The notes: generated by a model from the letters alone, not told the origin. 64,000 nucleotides of DNA from Myxococcota bacterium (GCA_028277885.1 JANQFK010000022.1:176052-240051), one strand, 5' to 3'. Shown: positions 1-9,371, counted from the stretch's first letter. Made by a program: numbers and translations.

Positions 1-1
1 G

Positions 2-535
2 GCGCACCACGCCCTCCCGGGCGAGACGCAGCGAGGTGGGGTCGCCGTCGAGGGCCACGCGAGCGGTGCGGGCGGGTCGGCCGCCGCGCACCACGAGGAT
101 CTCGACCGCGCACAGCTTCGGGCGCAGGTCGAAGGAGACCCGGGCGGTGCGGCCCCGCGCCACGCGGATCTCCTCCTCGAGGGCTACGCGCTCGGTGCGC
201 ACGCCGCCGCCTTCGGCGGCGCGCTCGAAGCGGCCGCTCAGCTGGACGAAGTAGCTGCGCGCGGGCACGCCGCGGAAGTGGGTCTCGCGCGCGATGGCGT
301 TGCGCTCGAGGCGGCTCGAGGCCGGCGGCTCCCCGGGCTCGTCGCCCTCGCCGCGCAGGCGCCGCTCGCGCCGCCGGGCGAGGCGCACGTCGAAGCAGCC
401 GCTGCGCGGGGAGGCGTAGTCGACCACGACCACGACGTCGCCCCGGCCGCGCAGCCGGCGGGCCAAGAGGCCGAGCAGGGCGACGGCGAGAACGGTCGCA
501 CCGGCGGCCCAGGCAATGGGGGGAATTGCCTCCAT
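2..535 (-). CDS. hypothetical membrane-anchored protein, N-terminal part (gene continues beyond left edge)
   Basis: Absent from the ORF track because its stop lies outside the window. ATG (cat at 533-535) opens a minus-strand frame with no in-frame stop down to nt 2. Begins MEAIPPIAWAAGATVLAVALLGLLARRLRG (one TM helix), then VVVVDYASPRSGCFDVRL... Strong GC3 bias in this frame. Confidence 0.5.
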   Translation of the reverse strand, partial: MEAIPPIAWAAGATVLAVALLGLLARRLRGRGDVVVVVDYASPRSGCFDVRLARRRERRLRGEGDEPGEPPASSRLERNAIARETHFRGVPARSYFVQLSGRFERAAEGGGVRTERVALEEEIRVARGRTARVSFDLRPKLCAVEILVVRGGRPARTARVALDGDPTSLRLAREGVVR

Positions 536-632
536 CGGCGCACCGATCGGATGGACGCGGGGCCGCCTTGAGCCGTGCCTGCGAACCCGTCGTCCACCGG
601 CAGCTTCGCCCCGGCGACGAGCAGCCCGGGGC

Positions 633-1445
633 TCAGAAGCGCTTCAGGATGCGGTCGATGGCCTGGTCCGAGAGCTTCGTCCGGCGCTTCACCCCGGTGT
701 AGACCCGGAGCGCGAGGCGATCCATCGCCACCAGGAGCCGCTCCTTCGCCGAGGCCCCGGGGAGCGCGCGGTAGTCCGTGGAGGAGTTCTCCAGCTCGTG
801 GCCCTCGTCGGTGTAGTAGTAGAGCAGGAGGCCCTTGCGGCTCTCGCCCTCGGGGCAGGCGAGCTTGTGGGGGTGGCCGTGGAAGGAGTCGGGGACCGTG
901 GCGAAGAGTATGCAGCGGTTGAACTCCGGCGCCGCGGATCGGACGCAGCGCGTCATGTCGGCGTCCCAGAGCTCGAGGTTGCCCTGCCAGTCCGGCTGCC
1001 AGTCCTTGTTGAAGTAGAGCAGCAGGTTGATCTGGCGCCGCCAGCTGCGCCGCTTGGTGTGGGTGCGGAAGTCGGTGTGGATGTTGAGGAAGCCGCCCGG
1101 CTGCACGAGGTGCATGCCCGCGCCCTCGAGGTCCGGGTCGGCGAGCAGGCCCTCGATGCCCGCCAGCCGGCCCACGAAGTCCAGCATCACGGGCGACTGG
1201 AGCTCATCGATCAGCGCCCGGGTGTGGGCCGGCATCTTCTCGACGTCGGTGAGGGCGAGCTTGCGCTCGTTGTAGTGGTGGTAGTGCTTCCAGCCCGCCT
1301 GGGTCTCCTCGAAGTCCTTCAGGGTCTTCTCGGCGACCGCGGTGGGGAGGAAGTCGTCGATCACGACGTGGGGGAAGGGCGCCGCGCTCGCGAAGGACTC
1401 GCGCAGCTCGTCGGCCAGGGTCTCCAGTCGCTTCTCGTCCAGCAT
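633..1445 (-). CDS. 2OG-Fe(II) oxygenase, prolyl-4-hydroxylase-like
   Basis: Track ORF 633..1577 trimmed to ATG at 1445 (MLDEKRLETL...). HxD metal motif in FLNIHTDFRTH and a distal His in SFHGHPH. Overall 2OG-oxygenase-like layout. Confidence 0.85.
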   Translation of the reverse strand: MLDEKRLETLADELRESFASAAPFPHVVIDDFLPTAVAEKTLKDFEETQAGWKHYHHYNERKLALTDVEKMPAHTRALIDELQSPVMLDFVGRLAGIEGLLADPDLEGAGMHLVQPGGFLNIHTDFRTHTKRRSWRRQINLLLYFNKDWQPDWQGNLELWDADMTRCVRSAAPEFNRCILFATVPDSFHGHPHKLACPEGESRKGLLLYYYTDEGHELENSSTDYRALPGASAKERLLVAMDRLALRVYTGVKRRTKLSDQAIDRILKRF

Positions 1446-1656
1446 CCGCACGGCGCGCGCTCCTCGGCGCACCATCATGGCAGAGGCGAGCCGCCCCGCG
1501 CTACCGCGACGTGCGCGGTCGGGGCCCGGCGAGCCGCAGCGGATCGGCAGGAAGGCGGGCCAGCCCGGCGTGGCCACGGGCCGATTGCCGCCGGCGGCGA
1601 AGATCGCGCGAGGATGGCGCCCGCCCCGGGGGGTTCGCGTGGTAGGCTTGCGCCCC

Positions 1657-1812
1657 GTGACGCCCGAACCCGACTCCGGAGCCGACCCGGGCTCGAGCTG
1701 GCCGCGCAGACTCCGTCAGGCCGGCACCTGGCTGCTCTACGGGGCGATGCTCGCGGCGGTCCTCGCCCTGTGGAACAACGATGCGCCCCAGTTCATCTAC
1801 GTGGCGTTCTAG
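1657..1812 (+). CDS. small single-TM protein with C-terminal FIYVAF tail (DltX-like acyl-shuttle candidate)
   Basis: C-terminal part of track ORF 1342..1812. Possible in-frame starts are GTG 1639, TTG 1648 and GTG 1657. Encodes ...RLRQAGTWLLYGAMLAAVLALWNNDAPQFIYVAF*, with Tyr codon at 1798-1800 and TAG at 1810-1812. Lies directly upstream of the SGNH and MBOAT genes. The start codon is uncertain. Confidence 0.5.
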   Translation: MTPEPDSGADPGSSWPRRLRQAGTWLLYGAMLAAVLALWNNDAPQFIYVAF

Positions 1813-2890
1813 AACGCTGCGCATCGGGCTCCTGCTGGGGGGCTTCCTGGTGGCGGGCCCGGGCGCCGCCCGCGGCGAGACCTGCCTTCCGCCGCTGTTC
1901 GAGGGCGGCCAGCGCCTGGCCCGCATCGGCGAGGCGAGGGTGCTCTGGCTCGGTCTGCTGCTGCGCCAGCACGAGGTCTGCCGGCGTCCGGCGCGCCGCC
2001 CCGGAGAGCTGCGCGTCCTCGTGTTCGGCAACAGCGGCATCTTCGGGTTCCCGCTCCCCGCGGAGCACACCGCCGTCGGCCTCCTGAACCGGCGCTTCGC
2101 CCGCCAGGGCACGCCGGCCCATCTCTACAACCTGGCCTTCCCGTTCACCTACCAGGTGAAGGATGCGGTGATCCTGAGCGAGGCGCTGCGCTACCGCCCC
2201 GACGTCATCGTCTACGGCACCACCCTGGCCGACTACTACCACGTCGCGCCGAACGCCTACCCGCCGCTCGTCGCGTTCTTCGATGCGAACACCGGCGGCG
2301 TGCGGCGTCTCGCCGCCCGGGAGCCGGCCGGACTCGTCGAGCCCATCGACCGCTACCGCGACGCCTATGCAGGGGCCGCGACCCCCTGGCGCAACTTCCG
2401 CCAGCTCGGGCTCTACCTCCGCGAGGGCGCCCGCGAGCTCGGGCTGCATGCGCGCCGACGCTGGTTCCCGGACCTGCCGGACAGCCCCGTCCGCATCGAG
2501 TCCCGCCGGGACCGCTACGACTGCAGAGCGGTGGAGGAGCGCTTCGAGCGCGACTTCGGCGGGTGGCGGGACTGGAGCCTGCTCGCCTTCCTCGGGGAGG
2601 CGGGGCGCCGGACCGGGGCCGAGGTCGTCGTGGTGAACTGGCCGGTGGCTCGCGAGCCCCGTGGCGCCTGCCACAACGTCCGCTACCCGACGCGCGAGCT
2701 CGCGGCGTATCGGCGCTGGCTGCGGGCGGAGACGGCGCGGCTCGGCTTCCGCCTGGTGGACCTCCAGGACCGCTTCGACGCCTCCCTGTTCGTCGACTCC
2801 CTGCACCTCGGCCCGCGTGGACAGCGGGGCGTCGCGGACCTCCTGGAGGCCCCGCTACGGGACGTGCTGCTCGCCCGCAGGCGGCGGTGA
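1781..2890 (+). CDS. SGNH/GDSL-family hydrolase/acyltransferase (DltD/AlgX-like position)
   Basis: 369-aa ORF with an N-terminal signal/anchor LRIGLLLGGFLVAGPGAA. Block I-like VFGNSG and block V-like DSLH. Sits between the micro-ORF and the MBOAT gene. Confidence 0.8.
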   Translation: MRPSSSTWRSRTLRIGLLLGGFLVAGPGAARGETCLPPLFEGGQRLARIGEARVLWLGLLLRQHEVCRRPARRPGELRVLVFGNSGIFGFPLPAEHTAVGLLNRRFARQGTPAHLYNLAFPFTYQVKDAVILSEALRYRPDVIVYGTTLADYYHVAPNAYPPLVAFFDANTGGVRRLAAREPAGLVEPIDRYRDAYAGAATPWRNFRQLGLYLREGARELGLHARRRWFPDLPDSPVRIESRRDRYDCRAVEERFERDFGGWRDWSLLAFLGEAGRRTGAEVVVVNWPVAREPRGACHNVRYPTRELAAYRRWLRAETARLGFRLVDLQDRFDASLFVDSLHLGPRGQRGVADLLEAPLRDVLLARRRR

Positions 2891-2918
2891 CGACGGACCG
2901 CGAGACCGGCCCGACGCG

Positions 2919-4112
2919 ATGATCTTCCTGGACACCTGGTTCTGGATCTTCGCCGCCGTGGCGCTGCCGGGGTACTGGCTGTGTCCGTCCCGGGCGAAGC
3001 TCTACTGGCTGCTCGCCGCGAGCGCGGTCTTCCACTGGCACTTCGCCGGGCCCGCCGGGATGGCGCCCATCCTGGTGCTGGCCGTGATCACCTACGCGGT
3101 GGGGATCGGGATCGCGACCGGCGTCCGGCGCGGCGCCTTCGTAGCGGCTTGCGTCACCCTGGTGGGCGCGTTGGCGTTCTACAAGTACTCGGAGTTCGGC
3201 GCCGGGAGCCTCGCGGGCCTGCTCGGCTGGCTCGATCTCCGCCCCTGGGCCGCCGGTCTCTCGAGCTGGACGGCCCCCGTCGCGCCCCTCGCCATCTCGT
3301 TCTTCACCTTCGAGTTCGTCCACTACCTCTACGAGGTCCGGGTGCACGGCCGCGCACCGATCCGCAACCCCTTCCACTTCGGCGTCTTCGCGATCTTCTT
3401 CCCCTCCCTGGCCTCGGGCCCCATCAAGCGCTTCAACGACTTCGTCCCCCAGCTGGAAGGCCTGCGCAACCCGGGGGTCGACGAGGTCCTCGACGGGGCG
3501 CGCCGCGTGATCCGCGGGCTCTTCAAGAAGGTCTGCATCGCCGACCTGCTGGTGGAGCTGATCGTGATCCTGGAGGAGGTGCCCCACTGGACGCCGCCCG
3601 TCGTGGGCTCCCTGGCCGTGCTCCAGGGCTTCCGCATCTACTACGACTTCGCCGGCTACTCCGACATGGCGATCGGCCTCGCCCGCATGCTGGGCCTGCG
3701 CATCCCCGAGAACTTCGACCGCCCGTACTTCTCGACCAGCCTGCGCGAGTTCTGGCGCCGCTGGCACATGAGCCTCAGCACCTGGATCCGGGACTACGTC
3801 TACGTGCCCCTGGGCGGCAACCGCACCCGCCGGGGCGCCAACCTGCTGATCGCCATGGTGCTGTGTGGCCTGTGGCACGGCGCGGCCTGGAACTTCGCGC
3901 TGTGGGGCCTCTGGCACGGCCTCGGGCTGGCCCTCGAGGCCGGCGTGCGTCGGGCGCGGCCGGCGTGGCTCGAGGCCGGCGGGCCGATGCGCGGGCTCCG
4001 CTGGGCCGTCTGCTACGGCTGGGTCAGCTACGGCTGGCTGCTGTTCTTCTACCCGATCGGCACGGTGGCCGACATGACCGCGGCCTGCCTGGCATGGGCG
4101 TCCGGTGGCTGA
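2919..4112 (+). CDS. MBOAT-family membrane O-acyltransferase (AlgI/DltB-like)
   Basis: Track ORF 2661..4112 trimmed to ATG 2919 (MIFLDTWFWIFAAV...). Polytopic. Carries YYDFAGYSDMAIG and the His-containing signature FWRRWHMSLSTWIRDY. Confidence 0.95.
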   Translation: MIFLDTWFWIFAAVALPGYWLCPSRAKLYWLLAASAVFHWHFAGPAGMAPILVLAVITYAVGIGIATGVRRGAFVAACVTLVGALAFYKYSEFGAGSLAGLLGWLDLRPWAAGLSSWTAPVAPLAISFFTFEFVHYLYEVRVHGRAPIRNPFHFGVFAIFFPSLASGPIKRFNDFVPQLEGLRNPGVDEVLDGARRVIRGLFKKVCIADLLVELIVILEEVPHWTPPVVGSLAVLQGFRIYYDFAGYSDMAIGLARMLGLRIPENFDRPYFSTSLREFWRRWHMSLSTWIRDYVYVPLGGNRTRRGANLLIAMVLCGLWHGAAWNFALWGLWHGLGLALEAGVRRARPAWLEAGGPMRGLRWAVCYGWVSYGWLLFFYPIGTVADMTAACLAWASGG

Positions 4113-5766
4113 GCTCCCGAGGCTGCTGCGCACCTCGCTCCCCGACGCGACCGGAAGCCCCTGGGTGGCCCGCCTGGTGGCGCTGCTCTGCGTGAGCGCC
4201 GCCTTCGAGCTGCTCTTCGTCGGGCACAGCATCAACCGCATGGACGAGGCCTGGCCCCTCTACGCCGCGATGCGGCTGCATGCGGGCGGCGTGCTGTACG
4301 ACGACGTCTTCTGGGTGTTCCCTCCGGGCCACGTCTGGACCGCGTGGCTGGCCTGGTGGCTCGACCCGCCGGGCCTGCTCCTCACCCGCTGCGTGTATGC
4401 GGCGTTCTGCGTGGCGCTGAGCGGCGGCATCTACCTCCTGGCGCGGCGCCTCATGCCCGAGCCCTTCGCGCTGCTGGCCGGGGCGCTCGTCGCCCTGGCG
4501 GCTCCGCGATCGCACCTCGGCCAGATGCTGTTCGGCTACCGCTACCTGATCCTCGCGCTGCTGCCCCTGCTCGCCTACGACCGGCGGCTGCGGGGCGGCA
4601 GCGCGCGCTGGATGTGGGGGGCGGGCGCCCTCATGGGCCTCGCGCTGGTCTTCCGGGTGACGCCGGCCTTCTCGGCGAGCTGCGGCATCGCGGTGGCGCT
4701 CGTCGCCGCCAGCCCCAGCTGGCGGCGTTGCCTCGAGGACGGGCTGCGCTTCGGCGGCGGCCTCGGGATCGTCGTGGCTCCGGTCCTGGCCTGGTTCGCC
4801 ATCAGCGTGGGGCTCGGTCGCCTCTGGCAGGAGGTGATCGCCCACCCCGCGCTGCTGGCGCTGCTCCAGTCCCAGCCCCTGCCGGAGCTGGCCTGGCCCG
4901 GGAGCCTCCGGCGAGCGGCGGTCTGGGACGCCTTCGTCAGCCTGCAGTTCCGGCTCGTCTGGGGGCTCTACCTCGGCTACGCGGTCGCGCTGCTGGTCAG
5001 CTGGGTGCGCGCCCGCCGCGCGGGCCGGCCCTTCGAGCACGGCCTGCTGACCGCGGTCACGGTCCTCGGCGCCGTGTTCTTCCTGCGCTCCCTGACCCGC
5101 TCCGACGAGCCCCACCTCGACTCCGTGATCCCGCCCGCCTGCCTGCTCTTCGCCCACCTCTCGGCCTGGCTCTTCGCCGCCGTCCTTCCGGGCGGAGCGG
5201 AGGGGGAGCGCGGCTGGCGCCCGCGGGCGGCGTGGGCGTGCGCGGCGGGCCTCCTGGCCGCCTGGGTCTACCTGCTCGGGACGGACGTCATGGTGCGGCC
5301 GGAGGTGCGGGGCCACAACGCGCTGCGCAGCGCGCCGGAGACCCGGCTCCGGCGCGCCCACAAGGCCGAGAACATCGACCGGACCGTGGAGCTGCTGGCG
5401 CGGGTGACGCCGCCGGGCGGCGTGGTGCTGAACCTGTCACCTTCGCCGCTGTTCCACGTGCTGACCCGCCGGCCGGGCCCGGGCCATCGCGACCTGCTGA
5501 TGCCGGGGACGTTCCTCGACGAGGGCGAAGAGGGGGCGTTCGTGGAGCGGCTGGAGGCCGCGCCTCCCGACGCGGTGATCTGGCCGGTGCGCGCCTTCGA
5601 CCGCATGCCGTCGCGCTCCGTGGAGGTCACGGCCCCGAAGCTGACCGCCTGGGTGAAGGAGCGCTACGAGTTCGTGCCCGGCCAGACGTGGCCTCGGCCG
5701 ATCCAGCCCGGCGAGCATCGCTGGCTCGTCATGCTGCCCCGCGCAGGGCCCGGGCGCGTGCGCTGA
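4105..5766 (+). CDS. GT-C-like polytopic membrane glycosyltransferase candidate, paralog 1, with C-terminal soluble domain
   Basis: GTG start overlaps the MBOAT stop. About 10 or more TM segments. Acidic first-loop motif NRMDEAWPLYA. C-terminal soluble part contains GPGHRDLLMPGTF and WPVRAFDRM. Colinear with the next gene. Confidence 0.85.
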   Translation: MAELPRLLRTSLPDATGSPWVARLVALLCVSAAFELLFVGHSINRMDEAWPLYAAMRLHAGGVLYDDVFWVFPPGHVWTAWLAWWLDPPGLLLTRCVYAAFCVALSGGIYLLARRLMPEPFALLAGALVALAAPRSHLGQMLFGYRYLILALLPLLAYDRRLRGGSARWMWGAGALMGLALVFRVTPAFSASCGIAVALVAASPSWRRCLEDGLRFGGGLGIVVAPVLAWFAISVGLGRLWQEVIAHPALLALLQSQPLPELAWPGSLRRAAVWDAFVSLQFRLVWGLYLGYAVALLVSWVRARRAGRPFEHGLLTAVTVLGAVFFLRSLTRSDEPHLDSVIPPACLLFAHLSAWLFAAVLPGGAEGERGWRPRAAWACAAGLLAAWVYLLGTDVMVRPEVRGHNALRSAPETRLRRAHKAENIDRTVELLARVTPPGGVVLNLSPSPLFHVLTRRPGPGHRDLLMPGTFLDEGEEGAFVERLEAAPPDAVIWPVRAFDRMPSRSVEVTAPKLTAWVKERYEFVPGQTWPRPIQPGEHRWLVMLPRAGPGRVR

Positions 5767-5850
5767 GGAGCCGGTCTTCCGGCTGGGCCGCACCCGGTGC
5801 CTGGGGTATCAAGGGCGGGCCCGGTCCTCCTCCACCGTTCGGGAACCTCG

Positions 5851-7494
5851 ATGCGGCGCCCTCTCCACAGCACCCTCGCCGATGCGGGAAGCTCGCCCTG
5901 GCTCGGGCGCCTGCTCGTCGTCCTGTGCGTGAGCGTCGCCTACGAGTCGCTCTTCCTCGTCCACAGCCTGAACCGGATGGACGAGTCCTGGCCGCTCTAC
6001 GCCGGCATGCAGCTCCACGCCGGCGGTCGCCTCTACGACGACGTGCTCTGGGTCTTTCCTCCGGGCCACGTCTGGATCGGGTGGCTCTCCTGGTGGCTCG
6101 ATCCACCGGGATTCATCCTGGCCCGGCTCCTGTACTCGGTCTTCGCGGTCGCCCTGTGCGCCGGCGTCTACTTCCTGGCCCGGCGGCTCATGCCCGAGCC
6201 CTTCGCCCTGCTCGCCGGGCTGCTGGTGGCCCTGGCGGCGCCGCGCAGCCACCTCGGCCACCTCCTGTTCGGCTACCGCTACCTGATCCTCGTGGTGCTG
6301 GCGCTCCTCGCCTACGACCGGCGCCTGCGCGGAGGCTCCGCGCTCTGGATGTGGGTGTCGGGCGCGTGGATGGGCGTGGCGCTCACCTTCCGGGTGACGC
6401 CGGCGTTCTCGGCGAGCTGTGGGATCGCGGTGGCGCTCCTCGCCGCCAGCCCGAGCTTCCGTCGCTGCATCCAGGACGGCCTGCGCTTCAGCGGCGGGCT
6501 GGCGATCGTCGTCGTCCCCGTGCTGGCCTACTTCGCGGCGGGCGTCGGGCTGGGACGGCTCTGGCAGGAGGTCATCCTCCACCCGCTCGAGATGCTCCAG
6601 GCGCTCCCGCTGCCGGAGATCCGCTGGCCGTCGGATGGGGGCCGCATCCCCATCTACCGGTTCTTCGTGGCGCTCCAGTTCCGGCTGATCTGGGTGCTGT
6701 ACTTCGGCTACCTCGCCGTCCTGGCGGCGCTCTGGGTGCGGGCGAGGCGCCGCGGCGAGCCCTTCCGCCACGGGCTGCTCACCGCCGTGGTGGTCTTCGG
6801 CGCCGTCTTCTTCGTCCGCTCCACCGGTCGCTCGGACGAGGCCCACCTGGACTCGGTGATCGCTCCGGTCTGCCTCGTGTTCGCCCACCTGTCGGCCTGG
6901 CTCTTCACCGCTCTCTGGCCCGGCGACGGGAGCGGCGGGGCGGGCTTCGGCTGGCGATCGGTCTCGGCCCACGGGCTCGGCGCGGCGTTGCTGGGGAGCT
7001 GGATCTTCCTGCTGGGCGTGGACGAGTCCAGCCGGCTGCGGGTGCGCGGCGGCTGGCCCCTCGAGAGCGTGGGCGGGACGATCCTCATGCAGCCCCGCTT
7101 CCACGTGGAGAACATCGACCGCGTGGTCCGTCTCATCGAGGAGGCCACGCAGCCCGACGATCGGATCCTCAACCTGTCGGCGACGCCCATGTTCCACGTG
7201 TTGACGGGTCGCCTGGGCCCGGGCCACCGGGACCTGATCATGCCCGGCACCTTCTTCGACGACGCCGAGGAGCGCCGCTTCCTGGCCCGGCTCCGCTCCG
7301 ATCCTCCCGCCGCCGTGGTCTGGCCCGTGCGCGCCTTCGATCGCATGCGCTCCCGCTCCCACAAGGCGACGGCGCCGCGGGTCACGGCCTGGGTGGAGCG
7401 GAACTACGAGAAGCTGCCGGGTCAGGAATGGGACGAGCCGATCCACCGCGGTGAGCTGCGCTGGTTCGTCCTCGTGCCGCGAGGCGCTCCTTGA
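5851..7494 (+). CDS. GT-C-like polytopic membrane glycosyltransferase candidate, paralog 2
   Basis: Track ORF 5797..7494 trimmed to ATG 5851 (MRRPLHSTL...). Colinear with 4105-5766 and sharing long identical blocks (NRMDESWPLYA, ARRLMPEPFALLAG, FRVTPAFSASCGIAVAL, GPGHRDLIMPGTF). Confidence 0.85.
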   Translation: MRRPLHSTLADAGSSPWLGRLLVVLCVSVAYESLFLVHSLNRMDESWPLYAGMQLHAGGRLYDDVLWVFPPGHVWIGWLSWWLDPPGFILARLLYSVFAVALCAGVYFLARRLMPEPFALLAGLLVALAAPRSHLGHLLFGYRYLILVVLALLAYDRRLRGGSALWMWVSGAWMGVALTFRVTPAFSASCGIAVALLAASPSFRRCIQDGLRFSGGLAIVVVPVLAYFAAGVGLGRLWQEVILHPLEMLQALPLPEIRWPSDGGRIPIYRFFVALQFRLIWVLYFGYLAVLAALWVRARRRGEPFRHGLLTAVVVFGAVFFVRSTGRSDEAHLDSVIAPVCLVFAHLSAWLFTALWPGDGSGGAGFGWRSVSAHGLGAALLGSWIFLLGVDESSRLRVRGGWPLESVGGTILMQPRFHVENIDRVVRLIEEATQPDDRILNLSATPMFHVLTGRLGPGHRDLIMPGTFFDDAEERRFLARLRSDPPAAVVWPVRAFDRMRSRSHKATAPRVTAWVERNYEKLPGQEWDEPIHRGELRWFVLVPRGAP

Positions 7495-9371
7495 GGCGGA
7501 GCGTGCCGCTCGGTGCGCTGCTGGTCCTCGCCGTGGTCGTCGGGTCCGCGCTCCACCTGTCGCGCGGCTCCCGGCTCAGCGTGGACTGGGTGGACGAGGG
7601 CCAGATCGTGTACCCGGCCTGGCGCGTCTCCGAGGGCGCGCTGCCCTACCGGGACTTCCGCCACCTCTACGGACCCTCGCTCTTCTTCGTGAACGCCGCG
7701 CTCTTCGAGCGCTTCGGCGTCGACCTCGCCGTGCTCCGCAACCTGATGGTCGGGCTCAAGGCCGCCATGGTCGGGCTCGTCTTCCTCGCGGCGCGGGCGG
7801 TGGCGCCGCTGCCGGTGGCGCTCGGGCTGGCGCTGCTCCTCGCGGCCGTGTGGGGCTGGCCGGCCGCGCACCTGAACACTCCCTACGCGAGCTACTACGG
7901 CCTGCCGCTCGCGCTGGCGGGGATGCTCCTGCCCCTGGCCCTCCCGCGCCGGCCGAGGGCCGCCTGGTGGCTGGCGGGCCTGGCGATCGGGACGGCCGCG
8001 ACCTTCAAGCAGACCAACGGGCTGTTCCCGGCCCTGGCCCTCGCGCTGCTCTCGCTGGCCCGCTCCCGGCCCGGCGCCGACGGGGCTCCGCCCGGGGCGC
8101 TCCAGGCCCGCGCCGCCGCCGTGCTGCGCGGAGCCGCGTTCGTGGCCTGCGTGGCCTTGCCGGTCTACTACCTGCGGGGCTCCACGCTCGGAAACGCGGC
8201 CCTGCTGGCCGGGCCGTGGCTGCTGTGCTGCGCCGCGGTGGGGCTCCGGGAGTGGCGAACGCCGCCGGACCCCCGGGAGCGCGCCGCCTCGGCCACGGAG
8301 CTGCTGGGCCTCGCCGCCGGCCTGGTGGTGGCTCCGGCCGCCTACGCGCTCTTCTACGCGGGGCAGGGCGCGCTGCCCGCCCTGGTGGCGGACACGGTGA
8401 CCGAGATGCCCGCGCTGATCCGCTGGTTCGTTCCCCTGGAGGCACCGGGGTCCCTGGCCGTGCTCTGGGTCGCCTGCCTGCTCGGCGCCGCGGGCGCGGG
8501 CGTCTCGTCCCGGCCCCCGCGGCTTCGCGCCGGCGTGGGCGGGCTCTCGCTCGGGGGTCTCGCGCTGGCGAGCGTCGCGTTCCTGCGAGAGGAGGCCTTC
8601 TCGGGCCTGGTCTCGGGGCTGTTTCCGCTGCTCCCCCACGTCGTCACGTGGCTCGCCCTGGCGACCTGGCTACGCGGCGGAGCGCGTCTCGGCGAGCGCG
8701 AGCTGCTCGTGCTCCTCCTCGCCGCCAGTGGGCTGCTCTACCTCTACCCCGCGGCGGACTGGGCCCACGCCTACACCAGCCTGCCGGTCTTCCTCCCCGC
8801 CCTGGGCCTCCTGCTGGCCCGGCCCTTCGCCGCGGGGCTCGCCCGCAGCCGGACGATCTACCTCGCGACCCTGGCCGTCGCGGTGGGGCTCTTCCTCGCG
8901 GTGCCCTTCGTCCTGATCCAGCGCGACTACGCCGCCCTGCGCGGGCGCCCGCTCCCCCAGCGGGCCAGCGGGATCCGCGTGCCCGGCGCCATGCACCGCG
9001 ACCACGTGGCCCTCGCCGCCGCGCTGCTCTCCGACCGCCACCGCGAGCGCGACGTCGTCGTGCTCTCGGGCCAGCACCTGCTCTACTTCGTCAGCGGGCG
9101 CGTGTCGCCCCTCGAGGAGCACGAGTTCGCCCTCTACCTGAACCGCTTCGAGGGCATCTCGGGCGAGGACCTGCGACGGCTCGTGGACCAGGACGCGGTG
9201 GTGGCGCGGCTCGAGGCGACCCGCCCGCTGCTGGTCGAGGACTACCAGGGCGCGGGCGCCCGCCTGCGCCGGCAGCTGCCCCGGCTGGGCCGCTACATCG
9301 AGCGGCGCTACCGGGAGCAGAGCCGGGTCGGCGGGCTGCGCATCCTCGACCGGCGGGAGCCGGCCCGCTAG
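7491..9371 (+). CDS. GT-C-like polytopic membrane protein, third more divergent member of the array
   Basis: TTG start overlaps the previous stop (alternative GTG at 7503). First-loop VDWVDEGQIVYPAW. Many TM segments followed by a C-terminal soluble region. Confidence 0.8.
   Translation: MRRSVPLGALLVLAVVVGSALHLSRGSRLSVDWVDEGQIVYPAWRVSEGALPYRDFRHLYGPSLFFVNAALFERFGVDLAVLRNLMVGLKAAMVGLVFLAARAVAPLPVALGLALLLAAVWGWPAAHLNTPYASYYGLPLALAGMLLPLALPRRPRAAWWLAGLAIGTAATFKQTNGLFPALALALLSLARSRPGADGAPPGALQARAAAVLRGAAFVACVALPVYYLRGSTLGNAALLAGPWLLCCAAVGLREWRTPPDPRERAASATELLGLAAGLVVAPAAYALFYAGQGALPALVADTVTEMPALIRWFVPLEAPGSLAVLWVACLLGAAGAGVSSRPPRLRAGVGGLSLGGLALASVAFLREEAFSGLVSGLFPLLPHVVTWLALATWLRGGARLGERELLVLLLAASGLLYLYPAADWAHAYTSLPVFLPALGLLLARPFAAGLARSRTIYLATLAVAVGLFLAVPFVLIQRDYAALRGRPLPQRASGIRVPGAMHRDHVALAAALLSDRHRERDVVVLSGQHLLYFVSGRVSPLEEHEFALYLNRFEGISGEDLRRLVDQDAVVARLEATRPLLVEDYQGAGARLRRQLPRLGRYIERRYREQSRVGGLRILDRREPAR

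Noticed and set aside
2205-4241. 678-aa minus-strand ORF antisense to the SGNH and MBOAT genes.
   Set aside because: Low-complexity R/P/G/A sequence. The MBOAT signature on the plus strand is unambiguous.
4344-7454. 1036-aa ORF across the two GT-C paralogs, and the antisense ORFs 4024..5361 and 5809..7446.
   Set aside because: Same frame-shadow composition. The real frames encode hydrophobic polytopic proteins with conserved paralogous blocks.
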